The notes under the pieces are model-generated. The model was not told where the DNA came from and did not search any database. It saw only the letters and a list, made by a program, of their open reading frames with translations. 64,000 bases of DNA, taken from positions 992,001 through 1,056,000 of the forward strand of contig OY970229.1 in assembly GCA_963714085.1 (NCBI GenBank), in the 5' to 3' direction. How positions within the stretch are numbered: the first letter of the stretch is position 1; each line of letters opens with the position of its first letter. A program made the position numbers and the translations under genes. Below are positions 1 to 9,342 of this stretch, piece after piece. The stretch comes from an uncultured Candidatus Micrarchaeota archaeon. Its GTDB lineage: Archaea > Micrarchaeota > Micrarchaeia > Anstonellales > Bilamarchaeaceae.

Positions 1-2
1 CC

Positions 3-344
3 GGCCATCTTTCCTACCGCGTCGACGAGCGTTTTCCCGCGCCCGCCTTCATCCACCTTCCTGATGGCTTCGAATACCGTCCTGACAGCACCGCCCACGG
101 CCTGTTCCGTGAAGTCGGCCGTCCCAAGCGTGCGTTCGAATCCGTCTATGGCCGCGCCGACCTCTTCTTCCGGGGCCCTTGCCTTTTCCACCGCGGGCGC
201 AGGCAGCTCGTGCCCTGATGCCCTGAGCGCCTGCCTGTCCAGCGCCCGGGCCGTCACATTGAAGCCCCTGCTACTCCCGTATCCTCGGAGTATCCTGCCG
301 AGGGTTATGGTTCTGTGTAGTTTGTTGGTAGTTGGTTCCTGCAT
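3..344 (-). CDS. hypothetical protein, runs off the left window edge (MQEPTTNKLHRTITLGRILRGYG...)
   Basis: Manual translation: ATG at 344, open frame to the window edge; AT-rich promoter-like tract at ~375-405. Confidence 0.55.
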   Translation of the reverse strand, partial: MQEPTTNKLHRTITLGRILRGYGSSRGFNVTARALDRQALRASGHELPAPAVEKARAPEEEVGAAIDGFERTLGTADFTEQAVGGAVRTVFEAIRKVDEGGRGKTLVDAVGKMA

Positions 345-434
345 GACGATCACTGGTCTTTTCCCATTCTATGTGTTCAAATATGTCCGAAAAGGTTTAA
401 AAATACGTGTGCCGGCCTGGAAGCAGCTGAAATC

Positions 435-542
435 TGGGGTCACGGAGATTTGAACTCCGATATGCAGGTGTCGGCCTCATTGTGCCTTCGTAAGAAGGCG
501 GGATCTGGAGCCTGCCGTACTACCTAGTTATACTATGACCCC
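435..542 (-). tRNA. tRNA-Trp(CCA) with 35-nt intron at 37/38 (intron 470-504)
   Basis: Reverse complement folds: GGGGTCA/TGACCCC acceptor, GCAGG-CTCCAG^A-CCTGC anticodon arm, CGGAG-TTCAAAT-CTCCG T arm. Confidence 0.9.
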
Positions 543-608
543 CTGAGAAGTGGGCGCTCTCTTGATATTACCATATCAATAAAAAGCATTCCTGCCAGAA
601 GCCCTCCT

Positions 609-1388
609 ATGAAAAACACGATATTGGCAGTGGTCCTGCTCTCGATAGCCCTGCTGACCGCCGGGTGCACCGGCCAGCCGCAGCCGCAGCAGAACGCCAC
701 GCTGACTGCGCAGTACGGCGACATGGTCTCTGTGGATTACACGCTCCGCGTGGACGGCGCGGTCGCGGACACGTCGCTCGCGGACGTCGCGAGGCAGGCG
801 GGCGTATATGACGCTTCGAGGACGTACCAGCCCATATCGTTCAGGATGGTGCTCGGCGGCCAGATGATAGACGGGTTCGTGAAGGGCATCGTCGGCATGC
901 ACCAGGGGGAGACCAGGAACTTCACCGTCAGCGCCGCGGACGCCTACGGTTTGGTGGACCCGAGCAAGATAACGAACCAGTCGCGCTATTACAACATGTC
1001 CGTGTACGAGGACGTGCCCATGGATTATTTCGTATCGCAGAACGTCACCCCGGCGGTGGGCTCCGTGTTCCCCTCTGTCGTGGGCTACGTCTCGGTGGAG
1101 AACGTCACCAACACCACGGTCCGGATCAAATACCTGCTCAGCCCAGGGCAGCAGTTCGCCATGGATGGCCTGCCACAGACCGTGGTGAATGTCACCAACG
1201 ACACCCTGCTCATCCGCTTCGACGTGGTGCAGGGCGGCACCTACAACGTGACCGACCAGAGCACCGGGGCGGCAGTCCCAGCAAGGGCGGTCTACGTTGA
1301 CAACCAGACCATGGTCATAGACGAGAACAGCCCGCTCGCCGGCAAGGACCTCGATTTCGAGGTCACGGTGAGGTCCATAACGCAATAG
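609..1388 (+). CDS. FKBP-type (SlyD-like) peptidyl-prolyl isomerase, predicted lipoprotein
   Basis: GDMVSVDYT...DTS, MIDGFVKGIVGM, AYG and DENSPLAGKDLDFEV motifs; signal peptide ending LTAG-C. Confidence 0.85.
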   Translation: MKNTILAVVLLSIALLTAGCTGQPQPQQNATLTAQYGDMVSVDYTLRVDGAVADTSLADVARQAGVYDASRTYQPISFRMVLGGQMIDGFVKGIVGMHQGETRNFTVSAADAYGLVDPSKITNQSRYYNMSVYEDVPMDYFVSQNVTPAVGSVFPSVVGYVSVENVTNTTVRIKYLLSPGQQFAMDGLPQTVVNVTNDTLLIRFDVVQGGTYNVTDQSTGAAVPARAVYVDNQTMVIDENSPLAGKDLDFEVTVRSITQ

Positions 1389-1478
1389 CGCCCCGGACTC
1401 CCGCCTACGACGTTGCAACCATTGCCTAGCCCCGGCCCCTTAACGGTGAATAAGACAAAAAAAACCATAAAACACAAC

Positions 1479-1491
1479 CTTTATAAATGTT
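1479..1491 (+). promoter_or_regulatory. archaeal TATA box about 25 nt upstream of ATG 1510 (likely leaderless mRNA)
   Basis: CTTTATAAATGTT preceded by an A-rich BRE-like tract. Confidence 0.55.
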
Positions 1492-1509
1492 CGATGCGTA
1501 ATACATCAT

Positions 1510-3621
1510 ATGACCGATACTACCACAGCAGTCCAGGTCGTCGCGAGAGTAACAACCCCCACCCCGCAAATCGCCACTAGCACGAGACGGAGCTTTTGGG
1601 CCAAGGCGTTTGACCCGTGGCAGCGCAAGGAAATAAACCGGGCCATCCGCGGGGTTCGCGAGGGCGATGATGACGCTGTTGAAAAGTTCGTCAGCCTGTA
1701 CGCGTCGCTGCGCATGAAACCGAAGCGCCAAGCCACGGTGCTCGATAAGCTGGCATGGGAATTCAAGAGCCAAGCCACGACGCTCGATAAGCTGGCATGG
1801 GAAGCCAAGAGCCAGACCAGCGAAGTGCCCATCGACCAGGAAGCCGCGCTCCCAGCAGATAATCTGGTGTATGCTTTCAGGCAGCTCGTCCGGAGCCGCG
1901 CCCTCGAGATCAAGGACAAGGCCACTGACTGGACGGTGCAGGAAACGGGCATCGCTGACGCAGTACAGAGAATGCAGGACCAGATAAGCGCCATCGTGAG
2001 GGACGAGACGGAGGCTGGCACATATCAGGAATACCCGGAGCTGCGGCTCTCATGCGCCAAGGCGGAATTGGCACTGCTCAAGGACAAAGAAGCGCGCGAG
2101 GACAGGCTATCACGTTTCGTGAGGGATGACCAGCTGCAGGGCTGGGCGCTGGAAATCGCCACGAGGAGCATGTACAGGAGTGTCATCGAGCACGCCTGCC
2201 ACATCGAAAACCTCGTGCCGAGTGTCATCGGAAACGGCTACAGCAGGACGGTCATGGCGGACATGATCACAGCCGCAACGAACGGCGAGCGGGAGGCGCT
2301 GCTCGGATCCATATCTTCAATCTCCGACGCGTCCAAGCCTGGCGGGTCCGGAGTCATGCCGCTGCTCGCAGCGCTGGTGGGTAACCCGGACACGGTTTTC
2401 GACGTGCTCGCCTGCGCTTCTCGCTGCAAGGCGGTCAGTCTGGACGACGAGGTGACACTCACATCGAAGCTGCTGGAGAAAGGCCATAAGGGCGAGAGGA
2501 CCCTGAAAAAGGCGCTCCACAAGCCAGAAACCGTGGTCATAGCCATCCGCTCCCTGGTCGGCTCGGAGAGGGGAAGGCAGCTGGTTATGCGTGCTGTGGA
2601 AGAGGCCGGCAAAGAGCGTGCAAGGACCATGTACTATAGAACATCCGATCCTGCCAGGGAACCCGTTTTCGAGATGGACGACCTGGACGAAAGATCCGCG
2701 AAAAAGCGCATGGCAATGCACCTCAGCGCAAAGGAGAGCACGATGCTGGAAATCCTCGCGGGGCTCGGAGAAGAGAAGATTGTACACGTCCTCGCGGAAT
2801 GGAGTAGCAAGCCCGAGACCAGGGGGTACTTCCTCAGGCTGGCCGCGATGCTCGATGTCCGGTCCGTGATCCTCCATAATTCCGTGTACGGATACACCCA
2901 AGCCGACGAAGCCGACGGGCCGAAAGGAATGAGCAAGTACGAAATGAAGCGCGAGAGAAGGGCGGCAAGGAGATCCATGATCAAAATGATGGAGGCCGAG
3001 GCAGAGCGCAGGATGGTCCCGCTCAGGGACGCGATGCAAAGGATGTTAGATGCAACTTCGAAGATTGTGGAGGCGGATCCTAAAAAAGACGAGATATACA
3101 TGGGAGCCTACGCTGAGATAGACGGCGTGAGAGCGCAGATCAAGGCCGGGTTCAGGTACGGAAAGGCACCTCCTCCGGAGCCTGAGAGGCGGACCGCGAC
3201 CGAAGAGCCCATCCTCACGAGCGCGCAGAGGCAGGCGAAGATCGCCGCTCTCAGGGCGTCTCTGGACGCGAAGCAAGCCGCGAAAGAAAGAGAGGCCGAT
3301 TCCGAAACAGCGGGCGGTTTCGATTCCACGGCTTTCATAGCGAAGGAGTTTAGGGCTGCAGTCGCGAAGCCTGCCGTGTCCGAGGTGACAGAGGCGAACA
3401 CGAGGATCGTCGCTCTCAAGAAGGCGATGGGTGCGCTGTTTTCGAGCTTTTCGCAACAGCTGCGCCTGAAGCAGCGGGCTGTGGGACTAGAAACTGCCTT
3501 CGGAGCCAGAGAGGGCGACGTTGAGCTGCGCGGCATTGCGGAAGTGGAATTCACCAGCGACTCCTTCGTCGACCCCACGATCGCCAGTCCCACCGGGCAA
3601 AGCACGAGCACGCAGGGCTAG
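1510..3621 (+). CDS. hypothetical helical protein (703 aa)
   Basis: Long ORF with its own TATA box; no recognisable motif. Confidence 0.75.
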   Translation: MTDTTTAVQVVARVTTPTPQIATSTRRSFWAKAFDPWQRKEINRAIRGVREGDDDAVEKFVSLYASLRMKPKRQATVLDKLAWEFKSQATTLDKLAWEAKSQTSEVPIDQEAALPADNLVYAFRQLVRSRALEIKDKATDWTVQETGIADAVQRMQDQISAIVRDETEAGTYQEYPELRLSCAKAELALLKDKEAREDRLSRFVRDDQLQGWALEIATRSMYRSVIEHACHIENLVPSVIGNGYSRTVMADMITAATNGEREALLGSISSISDASKPGGSGVMPLLAALVGNPDTVFDVLACASRCKAVSLDDEVTLTSKLLEKGHKGERTLKKALHKPETVVIAIRSLVGSERGRQLVMRAVEEAGKERARTMYYRTSDPAREPVFEMDDLDERSAKKRMAMHLSAKESTMLEILAGLGEEKIVHVLAEWSSKPETRGYFLRLAAMLDVRSVILHNSVYGYTQADEADGPKGMSKYEMKRERRAARRSMIKMMEAEAERRMVPLRDAMQRMLDATSKIVEADPKKDEIYMGAYAEIDGVRAQIKAGFRYGKAPPPEPERRTATEEPILTSAQRQAKIAALRASLDAKQAAKEREADSETAGGFDSTAFIAKEFRAAVAKPAVSEVTEANTRIVALKKAMGALFSSFSQQLRLKQRAVGLETAFGAREGDVELRGIAEVEFTSDSFVDPTIASPTGQSTSTQG
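1727..1810 (+). repeat. 42-bp in-frame tandem duplication (2 copies; QATxLDKLAWExKS)
   Basis: gccaagccacggtgctcgataagctggcatgggaattcaaga / gccaagccacgacgctcgataagctggcatgggaagccaaga. Confidence 0.9.
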
Positions 3622-3732
3622 CGCGCCCGACGGGATGGGAAATCAGGGTTCCGGGTCAGCTCCCTTCTTCAAAACGTATATAAACATTCCGCCATAGTAT
3701 AATCTGTGACGTATTCTCCCGAGGTAAGTTTT

Positions 3733-4362
3733 ATGGACAGCGAATCCAATAGGGAAACTGTGAAGAAAACAGGCACGACGACGATCGGCCTTGTCTGCAA
3801 GGATGGCATAGTGATGGCGTCGGACCGGCGCGCGACCATGGGATATTTCATAGCCTCCAAGGACATCGACAAGATATACGCGATAAACGACCATATCGCC
3901 ATGACCATCGCGGGCGGCGTGGGCGATGCCCAGATGCTGGTGCGCTGGATGAAGGCGGAGTCGAAGCTCTACGAGCTCAAGCAGGAGAAGAAGATAAGCG
4001 TGGAGGCTGCGGCGACGCTGCTTGCCAACATACTCGCCCAGTACAAGTTCTTTCCGTTCTACGTCCAGCTCCTCCTCGGAGGCATGGACGAGAAGCCGCG
4101 GATGTTCAGCGTGGACATGCTGGGCGGCATCACGGAGGAGAAGATGACCTCGACCGGCAGCGGCTCCCCGATAGCCTACGGTGTGCTGGAGGAGCTGTTC
4201 CAGGAGGACAAGCCCGTGGAGGCAAACCTGCCCATAGCGGCCAAGGCCGTGCGCGCGGCGATGAGGCGCGATGCGGGATCCGGCGAGAACATCGACCTGA
4301 CCTATATCACGAGGCAGGGATTCAAGAGGATGGACCGCGAAGATGTGAAGAAGCTGCTCTGA
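3733..4362 (+). CDS. psmB: proteasome beta subunit
   Basis: KTG|TTTIG propeptide junction, DRRAT, GSGS; GAGGT SD before ATG 3733. Confidence 0.95.
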   Translation: MDSESNRETVKKTGTTTIGLVCKDGIVMASDRRATMGYFIASKDIDKIYAINDHIAMTIAGGVGDAQMLVRWMKAESKLYELKQEKKISVEAAATLLANILAQYKFFPFYVQLLLGGMDEKPRMFSVDMLGGITEEKMTSTGSGSPIAYGVLEELFQEDKPVEANLPIAAKAVRAAMRRDAGSGENIDLTYITRQGFKRMDREDVKKLL

Positions 4363-4483
4363 AGGGGCGTTCGAAGTCGCGATTTAACGGTTCTTTTTCC
4401 TTTCCATACGTTTCTTTTCATGCTCAAGACCCGGGCATAAATCCCGGAACCGAGAAAACCGATAACAACAAGGGGGTGTTGCA

Positions 4484-6379
4484 TTGCACTACAAAGACAT
4501 AGAGAAGATAATCACCGAGACCATGCCCAAGGAATGCGAGGTCACGAGGAGCGAGCCCGAAGGCCTCTCCACTGTCATCTACATAAAGAACATAGGGGCG
4601 TTCTACCAGAACGACCAGCTCATCAGGCAGCTGGCCGGCGCGCTCAAGAAGAAGGTCACCATACGCGTGGACCCGTCCGCGCTCATGAACGTCGAGGACG
4701 CCAAGAGGCTCATAGAGCAGACCATACCGGCCGAGGCTTCCATCCGCTCCATCAGGTTCGTACCCGAGATGTGCGAGGTGCACATAGAGGCGCTCAAGCC
4801 CGGCCTCGTCATAGGCAAGGGAGGCTCCGTGCTCAAGGAGATCATGCTCAGGACAGGATGGGCCCCGATAGCGATAAGATCGCCCACCATGCCGTCCGTG
4901 ACATTGGAGGGCGTGCGCAAGATAGCGGTCGCAGAGGCGGCCGAGCGGAAGAAGTTCCTGGTGAACATCGGCAAGAAGATATGCCAGCCGGTCGCCGCCT
5001 CGGACTGGATACGCGTGGTGTCGCTCGGAGGCTTCCGCGAGGTCGGCCGCTCGTGCCTGCTGGTGCAGTCGCCGAACTCCAAGGTCCTCATCGACGTGGG
5101 CGTGAACACCGCCACCGGCGACCCGACCAAGGCCTACCCCTACCTGAACATGACCGGCTTCTCCATCAGCGAGATAGACGCGGTCGTGATATCCCACGGC
5201 CACATGGACCACATGGGCTTCCTGCCCTATCTCTTCGCCTACGGCTACGACGGCCCGGTGTACTGCACCCCGCCGACCAGGGACCTCATGGTGCTCCTGC
5301 AGCAGGACTACATCAACATAGCCAAGAAGGCCTTCAACGTGGAACCAATATACTCCAAGAAGGACATATACAACGAGCTGCGCCACATCATAACCGTGGA
5401 CTACGGCGAGGTGGTGGACATCACGCCGGAGATAAAGATGACGCTCTACAACGCCGGCCACATACTCGGCTCGGCCTCGGTCCACCTGCACGTGGGCGAG
5501 GGCGCGCACAACCTGGTCTACTCCGCGGACATGAAGTTCGGCTTCACGCGGCTCTTCGACCCGGCGAACACGCGGTTCCCGCGGCTCGAGACTCTGCTCA
5601 TAGAGTCGACATACGGCGGCAAGAACGACCATTCCATAGCGAGGTTCGACAGCGAGAAGAACCTGTGGGACATCATAACCGCCACCGTGAACCGGAGGGG
5701 CAAGGTGCTCATCCCGGTCTTCGCTGTGGGGAGGAGCCAGGAGATACTGCTCGTGCTCGAGGACTTCTACAGGCGCAACCCGGAGCTCAACATCCCCGTC
5801 TACATAGACGGCATGGTGCTGGAGGCCTCCGCGATACACACCGCCTACCCGGAATACCTGCGGGAGCAGCTGCAGAGGCGCATACTCTCGGACAGGAGCC
5901 CGTTCGAATCGCCCATGATAAAGGTGGCCAAGGGCGCGGACCGCGAGGCGATAGCCAACGGCGAGCCATGCATCATACTGGCCCCGTCCGGCATGCTCGC
6001 CGGCGGCCCGTCGCTTGATTATCTGAAGATGATGTGCGGCGACGAGAGGAACACGCTGGTGTTCGTCGGCTACCAGAGCGCGCTCTCGTTAGGCGCGAAG
6101 CTGCAGTCCGGCCAGAAGGAGATACCCACCATCGGAGACGACGGCAAGACCAAGATGCTGGATGTCAAGATGCAGATCGCGACCGCCGAGGGCTTCTCCG
6201 GCCACAGCGACCGGGCGCAGCTCATGGCGTACCTGAAGAACCTGAGGCCGACCCCGGAGCGCATAATAACCATGCACGGGGACTGGGGCAAGACCGAGGA
6301 TTTCGCGCGCTCTGCGGGCATGATGCTGCGCAAGGAGTCGCGCGCCATGGCCAACCTCGAGGCAGTAAGGCTGAGATAA
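4484..6379 (+). CDS. fttA: aCPSF1 / FttA KH-domain beta-CASP ribonuclease (transcription termination factor)
   Basis: KPGLVIGKGG KH motif, SHGHMDH, AGHILG, GFSGHSD; usual position after psmB; TTG start. Confidence 0.93.
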   Translation: MHYKDIEKIITETMPKECEVTRSEPEGLSTVIYIKNIGAFYQNDQLIRQLAGALKKKVTIRVDPSALMNVEDAKRLIEQTIPAEASIRSIRFVPEMCEVHIEALKPGLVIGKGGSVLKEIMLRTGWAPIAIRSPTMPSVTLEGVRKIAVAEAAERKKFLVNIGKKICQPVAASDWIRVVSLGGFREVGRSCLLVQSPNSKVLIDVGVNTATGDPTKAYPYLNMTGFSISEIDAVVISHGHMDHMGFLPYLFAYGYDGPVYCTPPTRDLMVLLQQDYINIAKKAFNVEPIYSKKDIYNELRHIITVDYGEVVDITPEIKMTLYNAGHILGSASVHLHVGEGAHNLVYSADMKFGFTRLFDPANTRFPRLETLLIESTYGGKNDHSIARFDSEKNLWDIITATVNRRGKVLIPVFAVGRSQEILLVLEDFYRRNPELNIPVYIDGMVLEASAIHTAYPEYLREQLQRRILSDRSPFESPMIKVAKGADREAIANGEPCIILAPSGMLAGGPSLDYLKMMCGDERNTLVFVGYQSALSLGAKLQSGQKEIPTIGDDGKTKMLDVKMQIATAEGFSGHSDRAQLMAYLKNLRPTPERIITMHGDWGKTEDFARSAGMMLRKESRAMANLEAVRLR

Positions 6380-6415
6380 TCCCTGTTTTTAATCTCTTTC
6401 GAGCATGTCCAGCCC

Positions 6416-7138
6416 ATGGCAGGCGTGGACGGCCTCGTGCCGGCAAGGCAGGACCCTTTCGAGGATGCCATTCATGCCGTGCAACTGGGGACCAGGTCCT
6501 TCGGAGCGACGGGGCCGAACCGCCCCACCGCGCACGACGGAATGGACCTTTTCGTCCCAAAGGGCACGCCGCTCCAGGTGCCCGCGGAAAGGGCGATCCT
6601 CATCGGGATCACGCGGCAGTATTCGAAGCCGGGCGAGACCATGGGGAACGCGCTGCTCTTCTTCGTGCCTGATAAGAAAGGGCCTTATTTCCTCGCGCTG
6701 CTGCATCTTGACCGGAAGACCTTCAAGGTGCTCAATGAGAGGAACCTCGGCACCGAGCTTCTTTCAGAGCCCGGCGTGAGCAGGATCGTGGCATACACCG
6801 GGAATTCCCCCGCAGTACCCCACCCGCACCTGCATGTGACCGCATCCACCCGCTTCCAGATCGCCGCAAAGATGTATACGGCCGCGGATTTCATGGAGAT
6901 ATACGAAGGTAAAGCGCTGAGCCCGGCCTTCCTGGCATCCCTGAACCCGGACGGCAGAAGCGGAGTCAGTTCCATAACACCGCCCAGCTCCCGGGGCATA
7001 AAGGGCAAGAAAGGCCTTCTGGCAGCAGGCTATCTGGACCCGGAGAAACTCATAGGCCATGGCCTCAGGTTCTCCACGGCGCCTCCCCGGCGTCTGACCG
7101 AAGAGACCGTGAAAACGCCCGAGAAGCTGTTGCGCTAA
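6416..7138 (+). CDS. M23 (LytM-like) zinc metallopeptidase domain protein
   Basis: HDGMD (HxxxD), KGTP, GNA, LLHL, YTGNS, PHLH (HxH), YLDP in canonical M23 order. Confidence 0.75.
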   Translation: MAGVDGLVPARQDPFEDAIHAVQLGTRSFGATGPNRPTAHDGMDLFVPKGTPLQVPAERAILIGITRQYSKPGETMGNALLFFVPDKKGPYFLALLHLDRKTFKVLNERNLGTELLSEPGVSRIVAYTGNSPAVPHPHLHVTASTRFQIAAKMYTAADFMEIYEGKALSPAFLASLNPDGRSGVSSITPPSSRGIKGKKGLLAAGYLDPEKLIGHGLRFSTAPPRRLTEETVKTPEKLLR

Positions 7139-7626
7139 CCCACCCGCCCTTTTCCCAGTTCCCTCTCCGCCTCGTGCACTTCCCAGGGATAGACTATCCA
7201 GGCATCCGTGCTCTCCAGGAAAAAATCGGGCTTGAACTCCGATGCCGGCTTGAAGTGCAGCGTGGCCATCCTGCTTTCTTTGGCGCCAAGTTTTTTCACG
7301 TAATCCGCGGCCACGAGCAGGGAGTGCCCGGTGTCCGCCACGTCGTCCACTATGAGCACCCTCTTACCCTTCAGGTCCACGGTGAGCGGCTGGGTTATCT
7401 TCGGGGATTTACCGGTCTTGCCTATGCCGGTATAAAACTCGATCCTCATCACCGCCACGTTGCGGTTGTCCAGCATGTCGGAGAGCAGGCGCACCGGGAC
7501 CAGTCCTCCGCGCGATATGCCCACGAGCACATCCGGTTTGTAGGGCCTCACCTTCTTCGCGAGCGCCTCGCACATCCTCGTTATCCTGCCCCAGCCCGGT
7601 TTTATCAGTCTCACTCTGCGTGCCAT
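7135..7626 (-). CDS. type I phosphoribosyltransferase (purine PRTase-like)
   Basis: GISRGG, VLIVDDVADTGHSL PRPP motif, WIVYPWE; start chosen ~25 nt below a TATA box. Confidence 0.9.
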   Translation of the reverse strand: MARRVRLIKPGWGRITRMCEALAKKVRPYKPDVLVGISRGGLVPVRLLSDMLDNRNVAVMRIEFYTGIGKTGKSPKITQPLTVDLKGKRVLIVDDVADTGHSLLVAADYVKKLGAKESRMATLHFKPASEFKPDFFLESTDAWIVYPWEVHEAERELGKGRVG

Positions 7627-7683
7627 GCGGATATCATGCGGCGCATCAGTATAAATGTTGCGCATTTTTTACGGGAAAAAAGA

Positions 7684-7758
7684 TGCTCCGTCAGGGATTT
7701 GAACCCTGGTCGATGGAGTGAAAGTCCACTATCCTTGACCGGTCTAGACGAACGGAGC
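7684..7758 (-). tRNA. tRNA-Glu(TTC), no intron
   Basis: GCTCCGT acceptor, GTGGA-CTTTCAC-TCCAT anticodon arm, CAGGG-TTCAAAT-CCCTG T arm. Confidence 0.95.
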
Positions 7759-7787
7759 GGCTGCACAACTGTTGGCGCAATCGGTTT

Positions 7788-8363
7788 TTATACCTGTTTT
7801 CCCAGCGCCTTGGCTATCTCCCTGTGGACTTCCTCGATGGATTTCGAGCCGTCTATCTTCCTCCAGTCCTCGCAGAGGAATCTCTCTTCGTACAGCCTGA
7901 GGAAGTTCCCTCTCACCTTGCGCAGGTACTCCATGTCCTCCTCGTAGCGGTCAAGGGCCTTCTGCTTCGCCTTGCGCTCCTGGGATACCTCGGGCGTGAT
8001 GTCGAGCAGCACCACCATGTCGGGCTTGAGGAAGCCAATCCCCTCCACGATCTTCTTCGCCTGGGGATAGAGGAATTCGTTGACCTCGTATGCGATGGTG
8101 GAGAACACGTAGCGGTCCAGTATGACCGTCTTCCCCTCGTCCAGCGCCGCCTTTATCTTCCGCTGCTCGTTGGCGATGTCAGAAAGGAAGAGCAGGAAAA
8201 GGGACTTGGGAGCGAGCTCGAGTTTCCTCTCCAGGTAGTCATTGAGCATCTGGAACGTGTGCGTCGGGTATTTGAAGACCTTCGCCTCGGGGAATTCCTT
8301 CCTCAAGAGGTCTATCTGCGCGCCTTTGCCGCAACCGTCAATCCCTTCTATCACTACAAGCAT
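7788..8363 (-). CDS. tmk: thymidylate kinase
   Basis: IEGIDGCGK P-loop, ILDRY..ST.AY, KPD. Confidence 0.93.
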   Translation of the reverse strand: MLVVIEGIDGCGKGAQIDLLRKEFPEAKVFKYPTHTFQMLNDYLERKLELAPKSLFLLFLSDIANEQRKIKAALDEGKTVILDRYVFSTIAYEVNEFLYPQAKKIVEGIGFLKPDMVVLLDITPEVSQERKAKQKALDRYEEDMEYLRKVRGNFLRLYEERFLCEDWRKIDGSKSIEEVHREIAKALGKQV

Positions 8364-8441
8364 GAGACTGATAATTTCGTGTATACTAATATAAACCTTG
8401 AGACCGATATATAATCCTGATTCTCATATGGAGGCGCGTTT

Positions 8442-9338
8442 ATGGACCTGATTTCGATCCGTGATCTGGAGCAGAAGGACATCGAGCTAATACTCGACAG
8501 CGCGGAGAAGATACTCTCCGGCAAGAAGAAGCCGGACCACGGCGGCGAAATCCTCGCCACGCTCTTCTTCGAGCCCTCCACGCGCACCAAGCTATCATTC
8601 CAGAGCGCGGCCCAGAAGAACAAGATGGGGATCATAGATTTCCTCCCGGAGACCAGCTCTTTGAAAAAAGGCGAGTCGTTCACGGACACGGTCCGCATAA
8701 TAGAGGGATACGCCGACGTGCTGGTGGTCCGGCATCCGGTCGAGGGCTCGGTGCGGCTCGCGGCAGATGTCTGCGAGCGGCCGGTTGTTAACGGTGGTGA
8801 CGGGGCGAACCAGCACCCGACCCAGACGCTAATAGATTTGTTCTCAATCAGGAAAACCAAGGGCAAGATAGAAGGGATGAACGTCCACCTGGTGGGCGAC
8901 CTGAAGCACGCCAGGGCGATGCGCTCACTGGCCTACGGCCTCGCGATGTTCGGCGCGAAGATAACCGCGGTCTCGCCCAAAGGGCTTGAACTGCCAAAGT
9001 CCGACGTGGAAGAGATAAAGGCGAAGTTCGGATGCACAATCGCGACGAAAGACAGCCTCGACCTCGCTGATGCGGACGTGCTCTACGTGTGCAGGATACA
9101 GGAGGAGCGGTTCGCGGACCCCATGGAGGCCAAGCGCATGAAGGAAAAGTTCATGATAAGGAAGGACGACCTGAAGGGCGCGAAGAAAGACCTGGTGATA
9201 CTGCATCCGCTTCCCAAGGTGAACGAGATAGAGAGCTCCATAGACTCGATGCCCCAGGCGAAATACTTCGAGCAGGCGCACTACGGAGTGCCCGTGAGGC
9301 AGGCGGTCCTGGACTGGGTGCTCTCCAAGCGAGGTTGA
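8442..9338 (+). CDS. pyrB: aspartate carbamoyltransferase catalytic subunit
   Basis: FFEPSTRT, KKGES, HPTQTL, RIQEER, HPLP. Confidence 0.97.
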   Translation: MDLISIRDLEQKDIELILDSAEKILSGKKKPDHGGEILATLFFEPSTRTKLSFQSAAQKNKMGIIDFLPETSSLKKGESFTDTVRIIEGYADVLVVRHPVEGSVRLAADVCERPVVNGGDGANQHPTQTLIDLFSIRKTKGKIEGMNVHLVGDLKHARAMRSLAYGLAMFGAKITAVSPKGLELPKSDVEEIKAKFGCTIATKDSLDLADADVLYVCRIQEERFADPMEAKRMKEKFMIRKDDLKGAKKDLVILHPLPKVNEIESSIDSMPQAKYFEQAHYGVPVRQAVLDWVLSKRG

Positions 9339-9342
9339 TGCG

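Noticed and set aside
1727..1810. 42-bp repeat as a possible CRISPR remnant
   Set aside because: Two adjacent copies with no spacer, in frame within a CDS; no cas genes in the window
4424..6018. Long alternative-frame and antisense ORFs (471 and 494 aa) over aCPSF1; similar ones over the phosphomutase, GGR, thyX and the barrel gene
   Set aside because: Arg/Gly/His-rich shadow frames expected from high GC3; the overlapping real genes carry clear motifs
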